From positions 1-64,000 of the forward strand of contig JBGAJQ010000021.1 in the NCBI GenBank assembly GCA_044224875.1: a stretch of DNA of 64,000 nt, written 5' to 3'. The notes beneath the pieces are model-generated. The model searched no databases. It was not told where the DNA came from and saw nothing but the letters and a program-made list of their open reading frames with translations. Numbering within the stretch: the stretch's first letter is position 1; each line of letters begins with the position of its first letter. Of this stretch, positions 28,961 to 38,942 are shown one piece after another. The position numbers and the translations under genes were made by a program. The stretch comes from Gemmatimonadaceae bacterium. Its GTDB lineage: Bacteria > Gemmatimonadota > Gemmatimonadetes > Gemmatimonadales > Gemmatimonadaceae.

Positions 28961-30453
28961 CCATGCGATTCATTCCTCCGAGACTTGCCATGTCGTTTCT
29001 CTCCCGATGGCTCATCCCCGTCGCGCTGCTGGCGACGAGTCACGTCAGCGTGGCGCAGCAACCAAAGCTCCCGCCGGTAAAGCCGTTAGGCAAAGTCGAG
29101 GTCGTCGCCGCCGAACCCTTTGGTTCCGTGTCCACGACGCGTGCCCTCCGCGACGGCCGCGTGCTGGTGAACGACATCATCGGCCGTCGTGTCGTGCTCC
29201 TGGATTCGGCGCTCGCCTCGTTCACCGTGGTGGCCGACACCACCAGCGCGACGGCGAACGCCTACAGCTCCCGGTTCGCCGGACTGATCCCGTACAAAGG
29301 CGACTCCTCCCTTTTCGTGGACCCGACGTCGCTGTCCATGCTGGTGATCGATGCGGCCGGGAAGGTGGGTCGGGTGATGTCGATCCCTCGGCCTAACGAC
29401 GCAACATCGCTCATCGGAGGACCCAACGGCACGCCGTCATTCGATGGACAAGGGCGCCTCGTCTACCGCGCATCGCCGAATTTTCGCTTTGGTGGGGGCG
29501 GGCGGCCGGGCGCCGGTGCGGGTCAGCGTGGTGGAGGGCAGCCCGAGACGCGTCGCGATGGTGCTGGCCGGACCGAAGGCCCAGGTGGCGCACCCTTCGA
29601 GCCGCCGCAGGGACCCGACTCCCTCCCGATTGTGCGGATTGAGCTGGCGACACGCGCCATGGACACCGTCGCCCATGTGAAAGTCTTCCGCCCACGGATG
29701 ACGGTGGCTCAAGACTCCGGCGGTCGCATGCGCGTGAGCTCCATTATCGACCCGCTACCGATCACCGACGACTGGGCCGTTCTCTCCGACGGCTCCATCG
29801 CCGTCGTGCGAGGACTCGACTACCACATCGACTGGGTTCGGCCGGATGGCTCGCGCTCCTCATCGCCCAAGATCCCATTCCAGTGGCGACACCTCAGCGA
29901 CTCGGACAAGGTGGCGTTCATTGACTCCACTCGCACAGCCATGGAGAAGTTGCGCGCCCAGTTTCAGGCGCAGCGCGCAGCCAATGGTGGAGCAGGCGGC
30001 ATCATCCCGCCGGCCGCCGTCGATGGGATGGCCGGCGTGATGGGAGGCGCGCCGCAGATCATGATCTTCCGTGGCGAAGCAGGCCCGGAACGCCGCGGCT
30101 CCGATGCGCCGCGCGGGCGCACCGAAGGTGGCGGCGCAGTGGCTGACTTCTCCATCCCTCCATTGCAGTTCATTGCGCCGAACGAGCTGCCGGATTACGC
30201 GCCGCCATTTACCGCAGGGGCGGCGCGCGCCGACATGGAAGGCAACCTTTGGATTCGTACGACGAATGCCGTGAACGGCGGCCCGGTTTACGACGTGATC
30301 GACGTGAAGGGCGAGCTGGTCGATCGCGTCGCGCTTCCCACTGGACGCGTGATCGCTGGGTTTGGTCCAGGGGGCGTCGTGTACATGGGTGTTCGCGAAG
30401 GCAGAACGGTGAGGCTGGAGCGCGCCCATCGCGCGATAGCCGCCGTTCCGTGA
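28957..30453 (+). CDS. Exported beta-propeller-like protein with Gly-rich inserts
   Basis: Signal peptide; repeated strand motifs (LRDGRVLVND, DWAVLSDGSIAVVRG, DMEGNLWI, YDVIDVKGELV). Overlaps the upstream stop. Confidence 0.65.
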   Translation: MTMRFIPPRLAMSFLSRWLIPVALLATSHVSVAQQPKLPPVKPLGKVEVVAAEPFGSVSTTRALRDGRVLVNDIIGRRVVLLDSALASFTVVADTTSATANAYSSRFAGLIPYKGDSSLFVDPTSLSMLVIDAAGKVGRVMSIPRPNDATSLIGGPNGTPSFDGQGRLVYRASPNFRFGGGGRPGAGAGQRGGGQPETRRDGAGRTEGPGGAPFEPPQGPDSLPIVRIELATRAMDTVAHVKVFRPRMTVAQDSGGRMRVSSIIDPLPITDDWAVLSDGSIAVVRGLDYHIDWVRPDGSRSSSPKIPFQWRHLSDSDKVAFIDSTRTAMEKLRAQFQAQRAANGGAGGIIPPAAVDGMAGVMGGAPQIMIFRGEAGPERRGSDAPRGRTEGGGAVADFSIPPLQFIAPNELPDYAPPFTAGAARADMEGNLWIRTTNAVNGGPVYDVIDVKGELVDRVALPTGRVIAGFGPGGVVYMGVREGRTVRLERAHRAIAAVP

Positions 30454-30514
30454 AGCGACGCGGTCGCGCCATCCCAGTGGCAGGGGAGTCCGCACCCGGC
30501 TAGACTTCAACTCG

Positions 30515-30610
30515 CTCCAGGTCCCGAAGGTCACAGAGCCACCAACTCCGTCAGGACCCCGAAGGTAGCAGCGGTACGTGGAATCCTGCGTCGCTTCGTA
30601 AGGCCTGGAG
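30515..30610 (+). ncRNA. ffs: Small SRP RNA (4.5S)
   Basis: Domain IV TCAGG-ACC-loop-GGT-AGCAG at 30551-30571; closing stem CTCCAGG/CCTGGAG; TAGACT -10-like box at 30501-30506; usual position upstream of dnaX. Confidence 0.88.
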
Positions 30611-30766
30611 TATCGCCACGGGCGCGATTCGCTCAGTCGAGCGGACGCGCCTGTGGTGCGTTCTGCAAGGCGCTCATGTGGTGTAACTTTCGTTCCGGCT
30701 CTGCGGGGATCCCGCGTGCCATCGGTGCGTTCGTCGTCGCCCCTCCCGTCACTTACTCCCCGGAAC

Positions 30767-32542
30767 GTGTCGCTAGCTCTGGCCCGCAAGTATCGCCCGA
30801 AGTCTTTCGCCGAAGTGGCGGTGCAGAGCCACGTCTCGAATACGTTGAAGGGTGCTATAGCGCGCGGGCGCGTGGCGCACGGGTACCTCATGTGCGGCCC
30901 ACGCGGCGTAGGCAAGACCACGCTGGCGCGTGTGCTGGCGATGGCGCTCAACTGCGAGAACAAGCGCCCCGACGGCGAACCCTGCGGCGAGTGTGAGAGC
31001 TGTCGGAGAATCTGGAGCGGCTCGGCGTCGCTTGACGTGGTGGAAATAGACGCCGCCTCCAATCGAGGTGTGGATGACGCCCGTGACCTGCGGGAGCGGG
31101 CGATGTACGCCCCGTCCGGCGACGAGCGATGGAAGGTCTACATCGTGGACGAGGCGCATATGCTCACGCGCGAAGCGTGGAACGCGCTCCTCAAGATCCT
31201 CGAAGAGCCGCCACCACGCGTCGTTTTCGTCTTCGCGACGACCGAAGCCCACAAGATCGCGCAGGCCGCCGCCCCCGTCCTGAGCCGGTTGCAGCGCTTT
31301 GATTTCAAGCGAATCGGGCCGGCGGAGGTGCGAGAACGACTCTCGCACGTGCTCGCCCGCGAAGGCGTTCCATCGCAATCGGACGCGCTCGCCACCATAG
31401 CCCGCGCCGCGGATGGCTCCATGCGTGATGCCTTGAGCCTCACTGACCAGGTGCTCGCGTTAGGCGACGGCGAAATCACCGTGGAACGTGTGCGAGAAGC
31501 CTTGGGACTCGTGGCTGAAGATGAGTACCTTGGCGTCCTTGACGTGATTGCCGACCACCGCGCCGCCGATGTGTTTGCCACGGTCGGGCGACTGGTGGAG
31601 CAAGGCGTGGACCTGGGCCAGTTCATCGTGGGTCTGGCAGACATGCTGCGTGCGCAGCTGACCGTCGAACTCGGCGCCACGCCCAACGAAGTCTCGGAGC
31701 GCGCTCGGACGGAGCTCGTCGCGCGCCGCGGGAAGATGAGCGCCGGCGACCTGGTGCGCATTCTTGGATCGCTCGCCGAGTTGGAGCCGAAGTTTCGCCG
31801 CTCTGCGCAGCAGCAACTCTTGCTCGAGCTGTTCCTCGTGCGCTGCGCGCTGCTCGACCGAACCATTGCGATTGAGGACCTGTTGCGGCAGGTGGGTGGA
31901 TCCGGTGGCGGTGAACGGGCCGCTGCTCCGGTTACACGAAGTAGCCCACCGGCGAGGGAGGGGTACCGCGCGGAGTCGGCGACACCCACGCGATCGACGC
32001 GAATCGCCGAGGACGTGGCGCCCACGCCAGAAGCTCAGGTGGCGCCCATCGCCTCGCGGCCAACCCCGGCGCCAACGCCCGCGGTCGCGATGCCCGCGGT
32101 GGAGTCCGCTCCTGCCTCGCGTCGCGCTACTCCCGTTGATGTCGCGATCCCACCGCGTGAAACGCTCCTGGAGATCAATGCCATCGTCGGCGCGTGGGAC
32201 GACATCGTCGATGCCGTCAAGCGCGTGCGACCCATGTACGGCTCCATGCTCGAGCACTGTCTACCCACAGGCGTGAGCAGTGGCGGAACGCTCACCGTTC
32301 ACGTGGATGACGCGGCGGCCTATGAATCATTGGCCGCAAAGGCAGCGGACATCGTCGACACGTTGCGGCCGCGCATCCCGGGATTGCAGAAGCTCGCGCT
32401 CAAGACGCCAGAACGTGCAAAGGCCGCTCCCAATCGCATGTCGCACGAGACCATTCGTCACGACACCATGGCCTCGTTACGCAAGCGAGACCCCGTGCTT
32501 CGAGCAGCGATCGACGAACTCGATCTCGAGTTGATGGACTAG
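30767..32542 (+). CDS. dnaX: DNA polymerase III subunit gamma/tau
   Basis: LARKYRP, GPRGVGKTT, Zn cysteines, EIDAASN, DEAHML, LLKILEEPP, GSMRDA. Start at GTG 30767. Confidence 0.97.
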   Translation: MSLALARKYRPKSFAEVAVQSHVSNTLKGAIARGRVAHGYLMCGPRGVGKTTLARVLAMALNCENKRPDGEPCGECESCRRIWSGSASLDVVEIDAASNRGVDDARDLRERAMYAPSGDERWKVYIVDEAHMLTREAWNALLKILEEPPPRVVFVFATTEAHKIAQAAAPVLSRLQRFDFKRIGPAEVRERLSHVLAREGVPSQSDALATIARAADGSMRDALSLTDQVLALGDGEITVERVREALGLVAEDEYLGVLDVIADHRAADVFATVGRLVEQGVDLGQFIVGLADMLRAQLTVELGATPNEVSERARTELVARRGKMSAGDLVRILGSLAELEPKFRRSAQQQLLLELFLVRCALLDRTIAIEDLLRQVGGSGGGERAAAPVTRSSPPAREGYRAESATPTRSTRIAEDVAPTPEAQVAPIASRPTPAPTPAVAMPAVESAPASRRATPVDVAIPPRETLLEINAIVGAWDDIVDAVKRVRPMYGSMLEHCLPTGVSSGGTLTVHVDDAAAYESLAAKAADIVDTLRPRIPGLQKLALKTPERAKAAPNRMSHETIRHDTMASLRKRDPVLRAAIDELDLELMD

Positions 32543-32610
32543 GGCAGGTCGCTTGCCGCGCGCCGCCCTCTCTCCCTAGCTTCCGGCGTAGCATCCACCT
32601 TTGTGAGCGC

Positions 32611-32931
32611 ATGAGAGACATCTTCAAGATTCTCCAGGAAGCGCAGGCCATGCAGGGAAAGTTGTCGCAGATGCAGGAGGAGCTGCGGCAGAAGGTCGTG
32701 ACTGGGTCGGCGGGTGGCGGTATGGTGACCGTTGAAGCCGATGGTGCCGGTACCGTGCGCCGCGTCAAGCTGGACCCGGCGGCAGTGAACCCCGCCGATC
32801 TCGAAATGCTGGAGGACTTGGTGGTGGTCGCCGTGGCCGATGCGCAAAAGAAGGCGCAGGCACTCGCACAGGAGGAGATGTCGAAGCTCACGGGGGGCCT
32901 GAACCTTCCCTTCAAGCTTCCGTTCGCGTGA
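32611..32931 (+). CDS. ybaB: YbaB/EbfC nucleoid-associated protein
   Basis: AQAMQ, GSAGGGMVTV, DLEMLEDLV; lies between dnaX and recR. Confidence 0.95.
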   Translation: MRDIFKILQEAQAMQGKLSQMQEELRQKVVTGSAGGGMVTVEADGAGTVRRVKLDPAAVNPADLEMLEDLVVVAVADAQKKAQALAQEEMSKLTGGLNLPFKLPFA

Positions 32932-33007
32932 CACGGCGCCTCGCGACACCCGTGACGAGGTACCTCAACGGGGCCGGACCCCTACCGCGTCCTAAACACC
33001 GCTCCTG

Positions 33008-33598
33008 ATGTCGGCGATTGACGAGCTGGCGGGTGAACTCGCGAAGCTACCGGGAATCGGGAAGAAGACCGCGCTACGCCTGACGTATCACCTGCTGCGC
33101 CAGCCGAAGGACCGCAGTCTACGGATTGCACGGGCGCTGGAAGTCCTTGCCGAGCGGGTACATCCGTGTCCGCAGTGCCACAATCCCACGGAAGATGAGC
33201 GGTGCGCCATTTGTCGTGATCCACGCCGCGATTCATCTGTTATCTGTGCCGTGGAGCAAGCGTCTGATATTGGGGCGATTGAGCGCTCAGGTGAGTTCCG
33301 CGGGGTCTACCATGTCCTCGGGGGGCGCCTGTCGCCGCTCGACGGCGTGTCGCCGGACGATCTCACGATCGCGCATCTGGTGTCCCGCGCCGCGCAAGGC
33401 GGAGTGCGGGAGGTAATTGTGGCGACCAATCCGAGTGTGGAGGGAGAAGCGACGGCGCTGTACGTCCAGCACCTGCTGGCTTCCAAGGGTGTGCGCGTGA
33501 CGCGAATTGCGCGCGGCCTGCCAGTGGGCGGCGACCTAGAGTATGCAGATGGCGTAACGATCGCCCAGGCGTTGTCGGCCCGGCGCGACATGACATAA
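33008..33598 (+). CDS. recR: Recombination mediator RecR
   Basis: LPGIGKKTALRL, C4 zinc finger, YHVLGG, ATNPSVEGEATA. Confidence 0.97.
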   Translation: MSAIDELAGELAKLPGIGKKTALRLTYHLLRQPKDRSLRIARALEVLAERVHPCPQCHNPTEDERCAICRDPRRDSSVICAVEQASDIGAIERSGEFRGVYHVLGGRLSPLDGVSPDDLTIAHLVSRAAQGGVREVIVATNPSVEGEATALYVQHLLASKGVRVTRIARGLPVGGDLEYADGVTIAQALSARRDMT

Positions 33599-33661
33599 CG
33601 AGTTGACGCAAGACACGCGGAATCACGCGGGGCGGCGGCGACTTCCAGCAACCAGAACCCT

Positions 33662-34150
33662 ATGCCGGTAGGCGCAACAAGCTGGAGTTTCACGGAAGAG
33701 GACTTTGCGGCCATTACGCAGGTCCTCCAGCGCTTCCTCTTCGACAGCAAGGCTCGATGCGCCCTGCTCGTCGACCGGAGTGGTCAGCTCGTGACCACCG
33801 TCGGCGAGCGCCTGAACTTCGATCCTACCGCGTTCGCGACCCTGACCGCGGCCGACTTCAGCGCCAACGACCAGCTGGCTCGGTTGATCGGCGAGAAGGA
33901 CTTCAACACGCTGTTCCATCAGGGCGACAAGGAGTCGATGCTGCTGGCGGACGTCGCGCGGCGCGTGATCCTCGTCATCCTCTTTGACACTCGAACCACG
34001 CTGGGACTGGTCCGCCTCAAGATGAAGGGAACCGTGGAGGAATTGAGTCGCTTGTTCGACAACATGTTCGCGCGCGACGCGCGTGCGTCCGCCCCTCGCA
34101 AGCCGTTGCTGCAGGGCGCCGATGAAGAAATCGACAAGCTGTTCGGTTAG
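33662..34150 (+). CDS. mglB: MglB roadblock/LC7 protein (GAP of MglA)
   Basis: [43 protein letters not shown]; directly upstream of mglA. Confidence 0.9.
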   Translation: MPVGATSWSFTEEDFAAITQVLQRFLFDSKARCALLVDRSGQLVTTVGERLNFDPTAFATLTAADFSANDQLARLIGEKDFNTLFHQGDKESMLLADVARRVILVILFDTRTTLGLVRLKMKGTVEELSRLFDNMFARDARASAPRKPLLQGADEEIDKLFG

Positions 34151-34164
34151 GCGAGGGCGAACCC

Positions 34165-34842
34165 ATGTCGATGATCAACTACGCGTCCCGCGAGATCAAC
34201 TGCAAGATCGTGTACTACGGTCCGGGGTTGGGCGGGAAGACGACAAACCTGGAACACATCTACAAGAAAGTGTCGCCAGACACACGCGGGAAACTCATCT
34301 CCCTCGCGACAGAAACCGAGCGCACGCTGTTCTTCGATTTTCTCCCGGTGGACCTGGGGACGATTCGCGGGTTCAAGACGCGATTCCATCTCTATACCGT
34401 GCCGGGCCAGGTGTACTACAACGCGTCTCGCAAGCTCATCCTGAAGGGCGTGGATGGCATCGTCTTCGTCGCTGACTCGCAGCTCGAACGCATGGAAGCG
34501 AACCAGGAATCGATGCAGAATCTTTACGACAACATGGCTGAGTACGGGTACGACCTGACGAAGATGCCGTTCGTGATGCAGTACAACAAACGCGACCTTC
34601 CGAACGCCGCCCCCATCGCCGAACTGCAGGCCGCGCTGAATCCGGGCTGGGAGATCACCGAGCCAGCTCGTCAGCGGATTACACCCGACGCCTACCATGC
34701 CGGACAGAACCTCGTCGAGCAGCTCCCGACCGGCGAATGGGTGGAACGGGCCACGCATTTCGAGGCCGTGGCGGTGACTGGCGAGGGTGTGTTCGATACC
34801 TTGAAGGCAGTCTCGAAGATCGTCCTCAAATCCTTGTCGTAA
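34165..34842 (+). CDS. mglA: MglA small GTPase
   Basis: [53 protein letters not shown]. Confidence 0.95.
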   Translation: MSMINYASREINCKIVYYGPGLGGKTTNLEHIYKKVSPDTRGKLISLATETERTLFFDFLPVDLGTIRGFKTRFHLYTVPGQVYYNASRKLILKGVDGIVFVADSQLERMEANQESMQNLYDNMAEYGYDLTKMPFVMQYNKRDLPNAAPIAELQAALNPGWEITEPARQRITPDAYHAGQNLVEQLPTGEWVERATHFEAVAVTGEGVFDTLKAVSKIVLKSLS

Positions 34843-34858
34843 CCTCCCGCCTCGTCGC

Positions 34859-35596
34859 GTGCTGCCGCTCAACCTGCCCAACGCCATCACAGTGGGTCGA
34901 ATCGCGGCGACCCCCGTGATCGCGATGCTCATTGTGAGCGCAGGGTGGCAGCCACGATTCTCGGCGTGGGTGCTTTTTGTCGTGGCGGCCGTGACGGACT
35001 ACTTCGACGGCAAGCTCGCGCGCGATCGCAACCTCGTGACCAACTTGGGCAAGCTCCTCGACCCGCTCGCCGACAAGTTGCTGCTGGTCGCGACGCTCAT
35101 GCCGATGTACTGGCTCACCCGGGATGCCAGTCTGTGGGAGCGCTTGTCCCTGGCCTCGTGGGCCGCGCCTAACGTACTGGGACCTGTGAGCACCCACGCC
35201 GCGCATGTCGCGTATCCCTTCGTCACTCCACTGGGACTCATCGGCCTGCCGCTGTGGGTCGTGGCGGTGGTCATTGGACGCGAGTTAGCGATGACAGCGT
35301 TTCGTCAGTACGCCGCGCGTCGCGGCATCATCATCGCAGCGATTGGACCGGCAAAATGGAAGACGACATTCCAGAGCATTTGGGTTGGCGCGGCCTTCTT
35401 CTGGTTCTTCGCGTCATCCGCTGCGGTTGAACATGGCTGGACCACCGGCGCGTGGCGCGCATTCGCCATGTTCAACGGCATCGTCGGTAGCCTCTCCATG
35501 ATCGGCGCCGTCGGCCTCACGCTCTACTCCCTCGTGCTCTACGTGCAGAAGTACGGTTGGGTGCTGCGCGGGAGCCGGGCGGGAGCCCGGGCCTAA
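34859..35596 (+). CDS. pgsA: CDP-diacylglycerol--glycerol-3-phosphate 3-phosphatidyltransferase-like
   Basis: NLPNAIT, TDYFDGKLARDRNLVTNLGKLLDPLADK, RE, KWKT. Confidence 0.85.
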   Translation: MLPLNLPNAITVGRIAATPVIAMLIVSAGWQPRFSAWVLFVVAAVTDYFDGKLARDRNLVTNLGKLLDPLADKLLLVATLMPMYWLTRDASLWERLSLASWAAPNVLGPVSTHAAHVAYPFVTPLGLIGLPLWVVAVVIGRELAMTAFRQYAARRGIIIAAIGPAKWKTTFQSIWVGAAFFWFFASSAAVEHGWTTGAWRAFAMFNGIVGSLSMIGAVGLTLYSLVLYVQKYGWVLRGSRAGARA

Positions 35597-35615
35597 TCCC
35601 TCCACGCCAGTCGAC

Positions 35616-36878
35616 GTGAAGCTCGAGCTCCTCACGATCGGCGACGAGCTTCTGCTCGGCTTCACGATAGACACCAACGGCGCCTTCATCGCCCGCGAAC
35701 TTGCCGCACTTGGTGGCGAAATCGTTCGGCGGAGTTCGGTCGGCGATGATCCGTCCGCCATTCAAGACGCGGTGAAGGAGGCCCTGGATCGCACGGGAGC
35801 CGTTATCACCACGGGCGGACTTGGCCCAACGGCAGACGACATGACGAAGCCGGCCATTGGCGCACTCTTTGGCCGTGAACTGTACTTCGACGAAGGGCAG
35901 TGGAATCGAATCCTTGGCCTCTGGAAGTCTCGAGGTCGTCCCGGAGAGCCGCCGGAATCCAACAAGCAACAGGTCATGTTGCCCACCGGTAGTCATGTTC
36001 TGGAGAACCCACTGGGCACCGCGCCCGGAATTTTCCTCGAGGACGAGCGCGCGCGCTGGGTCGCCATGCTCCCAGGGGTTCCGCGAGAAATGCGGGCCAT
36101 GCTGACGGACCGGGTGGTGCCGTTGCTTCAATCGCGCGGCCGACTGGGTGAGGGAAGTGTGGTGCGGTCGCTCACGGTGCGTACCACCGGTGTGGCCGAG
36201 AGCGCGCTGTCCGACATGTTGGGTGAGATCGCTCCCGGATTCGACGATGCGTCACTCGCCTATTTGCCCGGCGTGGACGGCGTGGATCTCCGCCTAACGG
36301 TTCGTGGTGTCGCGCCCGCCGTCGCGGATGCCATTCTCGAAAAGCGGTCGACGGCCGTACGCGATCGCGTTGGCCGGTTTGCCTATGGCGTTGGCAGCGT
36401 GGAACTCACACAGATCGTGCTGGACCTGTGTCGCGATCGCTCGTTGACCTTGTCCGTTGCCGAGAGCTGCACAGGCGGGCTGTTGGCGGAGCGGCTAACG
36501 GAGATCCCCGGATCGAGTGATGTCTTCCTTGGCGGTGTGGTCGCGTACGCCAACGAAGTGAAGGCGCGCATGCTGGACGTTCCTCCCGAACTCATCGCGA
36601 AGCACGGCGCCGTGAGCGGCGAGGTTGCCTTGGCGATGGCCAGCGGTGTTCGCGAGCGTCTGCGCGCCAGTATCGGCGTTGGGATAACCGGCGTCGCGGG
36701 GCCGGGCGGAGGTACGGAGGCCAAGCCAGTGGGCTTGGTTTGGATCGCCGTGGATTTCGGCGACTGGTCCCGGTCGTACAGCGGTCGCTTCTTCATCAGC
36801 CGCGACGAGATCCGCCACCGCGCGACGCAAAGCGCCCTGGATGCCGTCCGGCGACGTATCCTTTACCCTAAGGACTAG
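35616..36878 (+). CDS. cinA: CinA (MocF-like domain plus NMN deamidase PncC)
   Basis: IGDELLLG, DTN, GGLGPTADD, LPGVPRE, AESCTGG, GAVS, ITGVAGPGG. Confidence 0.95.
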   Translation: MKLELLTIGDELLLGFTIDTNGAFIARELAALGGEIVRRSSVGDDPSAIQDAVKEALDRTGAVITTGGLGPTADDMTKPAIGALFGRELYFDEGQWNRILGLWKSRGRPGEPPESNKQQVMLPTGSHVLENPLGTAPGIFLEDERARWVAMLPGVPREMRAMLTDRVVPLLQSRGRLGEGSVVRSLTVRTTGVAESALSDMLGEIAPGFDDASLAYLPGVDGVDLRLTVRGVAPAVADAILEKRSTAVRDRVGRFAYGVGSVELTQIVLDLCRDRSLTLSVAESCTGGLLAERLTEIPGSSDVFLGGVVAYANEVKARMLDVPPELIAKHGAVSGEVALAMASGVRERLRASIGVGITGVAGPGGGTEAKPVGLVWIAVDFGDWSRSYSGRFFISRDEIRHRATQSALDAVRRRILYPKD

Positions 36879-37059
36879 TCGACTCTGCCCGGCTGGCAAC
36901 ACCTCGGGGTTCGCGGGACATTAGTCGAGCCGTCGCTGCCGAAACGACAGCGCGGCAAGGGCATACACATTGCCAGTTCATGCCATGCTATTGAGATTCC
37001 AGCTGCAGGTTTCCACCTGCCAGCCTTCCTGAAGCTTTCCGAAAGCCAACTCGTAGGAA

Positions 37060-37653
37060 GTGCCAGATATGAGCGACTTCAGCGATTCAAGTGACCCGCG
37101 CGAAGGTGGGGAGGATGAGGCGGATGGACGGGTTGGGGACGGTGCGCCTTCTGAGTCCCATTCAACCTCGGAAGGTCATGACACGGCTACGCTGTCTGGT
37201 CGAGATGACTGGCAGCGCCAACTAGACGAGCAGCGGGACAAGTACCTGCGCTTGGCCGCAGAATACGACAACTACCGAAAGCGCGCGGCCAAAGAAAGGC
37301 AGGAAGCTGGGTGGCGAGCGCAGGGCGACCTGGTTCAGGGCATGGTGGAGGTGCTTGATGACATCATGCGCTTTGCCCATGTGGACCCAGCCACCACGGA
37401 CGCCCACACGGTCGTTCAGGGTGTGGCCATGGTTGAGAAGAAGATCTTCAAGGCCCTTGCTGGCCATGGGCTGGAGATCGTGAACCCGGTGGATCATACC
37501 TTTGACCCGAACCTGCACGAAGCGGTCAGCACCGAACCTGCCCTCTCTGCCGAAGACGACCACATGGTCTCCCGCGTATACCAGCCGGGCTACGTGTTTC
37601 GCGGGCAACTACTGCGGCCGGCGCGCGTCGTCGTGCGTCAGTGGCTTGGCTAG
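37060..37653 (+). CDS. grpE: Nucleotide exchange factor GrpE
   Basis: LRLAAEYDNYRKR, FDPNLHEAV, QPGY...LLRPARVVV. Confidence 0.95.
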   Translation: MPDMSDFSDSSDPREGGEDEADGRVGDGAPSESHSTSEGHDTATLSGRDDWQRQLDEQRDKYLRLAAEYDNYRKRAAKERQEAGWRAQGDLVQGMVEVLDDIMRFAHVDPATTDAHTVVQGVAMVEKKIFKALAGHGLEIVNPVDHTFDPNLHEAVSTEPALSAEDDHMVSRVYQPGYVFRGQLLRPARVVVRQWLG

Positions 37654-37666
37654 CAAGCGTTAGGCG

Positions 37667-38747
37667 ATGGCGAATCCCAAGGACTACTACACCGTCTTAG
37701 GCGTCTCGTCGACTGCCCCGGCGGACGATATCAAGAAGCAGTATCGGCGGCTGGCCAAGCGGTACCATCCGGACGCCAATGCCAACGATCCCAAGGCGGC
37801 TGACCGCTTCAAGGAAATCTCCGAGGCCTACCAGGTCATTGGAGATCCGGAGAAGCGGAAGCAGTACGACGAGATGCGACGCCTAGGTGCGTTCGGGAAC
37901 TTTGGATCCGGTGCTACGGGAGGTGCTCGCTCTCAGCGCCCGGGGGGACCGCGTCCATCCGGGGCCGGGGCCACAGGACCTGATCCATTTGCCACGGCAG
38001 GTTCGCGTTTTCAGGACTTCGACATCGGGGGGCTGGGCGGGCTGGGCGACCTGTTCAACTCGATGTTCGGCGGGGGTAAGGGTCAGGGTGGGCGAACGCC
38101 GGCGGCCGAGCAGGGCCAGACCGTCGAGACAACCCTCGAGGTACCATTTCGCGTCGCCGCGTTAGGCGGCAAGGTGCCGATCGAGCTGGAAGTCAACGAG
38201 GAGTGCGCGACCTGTCATGGCAGCGGCGCCAAGCCGGGGGCCACGATCAAGGTGTGCCCGGAGTGTTCCGGTCGCGGCGTGATCTCGTTCGGCCAGGGGG
38301 GCTTCGCCGTCAATCGCCCCTGCCCGATGTGCATGGGGCGCGGACAAGTGCCAAGCGAACGGTGCACCAGCTGCAACGGAACGGGCGAGGTTCGCACGCG
38401 CAAGAAGGTGGTCATCACCGTGCCACCGGGGACAGAGGCGGGACAGAAGATCCGGCTCAAGGGGCAAGGCGGGACCGGCTCCGGCGGCGGACCGGCGGGC
38501 GACCTCCTCATCACCTTTCAGGTACAGGCGGACCGATTCTATGCCCGCGAGGGCCTGGACCTGGTCGCCACCGTCGCCAGGAACAGGCTCCGGAAAGCGT
38601 TTCCGGATCAGGGGACATGGCATCGAAAGAGACGAAAAGAAGGGCGACTTAATCGTGGAAACGACGGTGACCGTTCCGGAGAAACTCAGTGAGGAACAGG
38701 AACGCCTCCTCCGCGAATTCGCTGAAGCCGGCGGCCTGAAGTTCTGA
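37667..38747 (+). pseudogene. dnaJ: Class A DnaJ with a deletion/frameshift near 38576 (real lesion or assembly error)
   Basis: J-domain HPD, G/F region, four CxxCxGxG repeats. The C-terminus (PPGTGSGKRFRIRGHG...GDLIVE...LSEEQERLL) is in another frame ending at 38747. Confidence 0.88.
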
Positions 38748-38942
38748 CCCAATTCGACTAGTTTTCGGTCGCCTGCCCAAGGCGGCGAGGTCTCGAAACG
38801 CGGAGCAAGCCGACGCTCCGGACTCGTTGCCAGCGAACGCTTTAGGGCGTCTTTAGGGAAGATCTCTCCCATCCGCGCCGGGCCCATAGGCTTCGCCACC
38901 GCAGGTGCGGTTTTTTCCCAGTAGCCTCAAACACTCAGCGCA

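Noticed and set aside
31900..32200. Programmed -1 frameshift in dnaX
   Set aside because: No A-AAA-AAG or long A run seen; the region is a Pro/Ala-rich linker.
36880..37060. CIRCE, HAIR or sigma-54 element upstream of grpE
   Set aside because: No TTAGCACTC-N9-GAGTGCTAA or CTTGAGT-N7-ACTCAAG. A GG-N10-GC pattern exists only on the strand pointing away from grpE.
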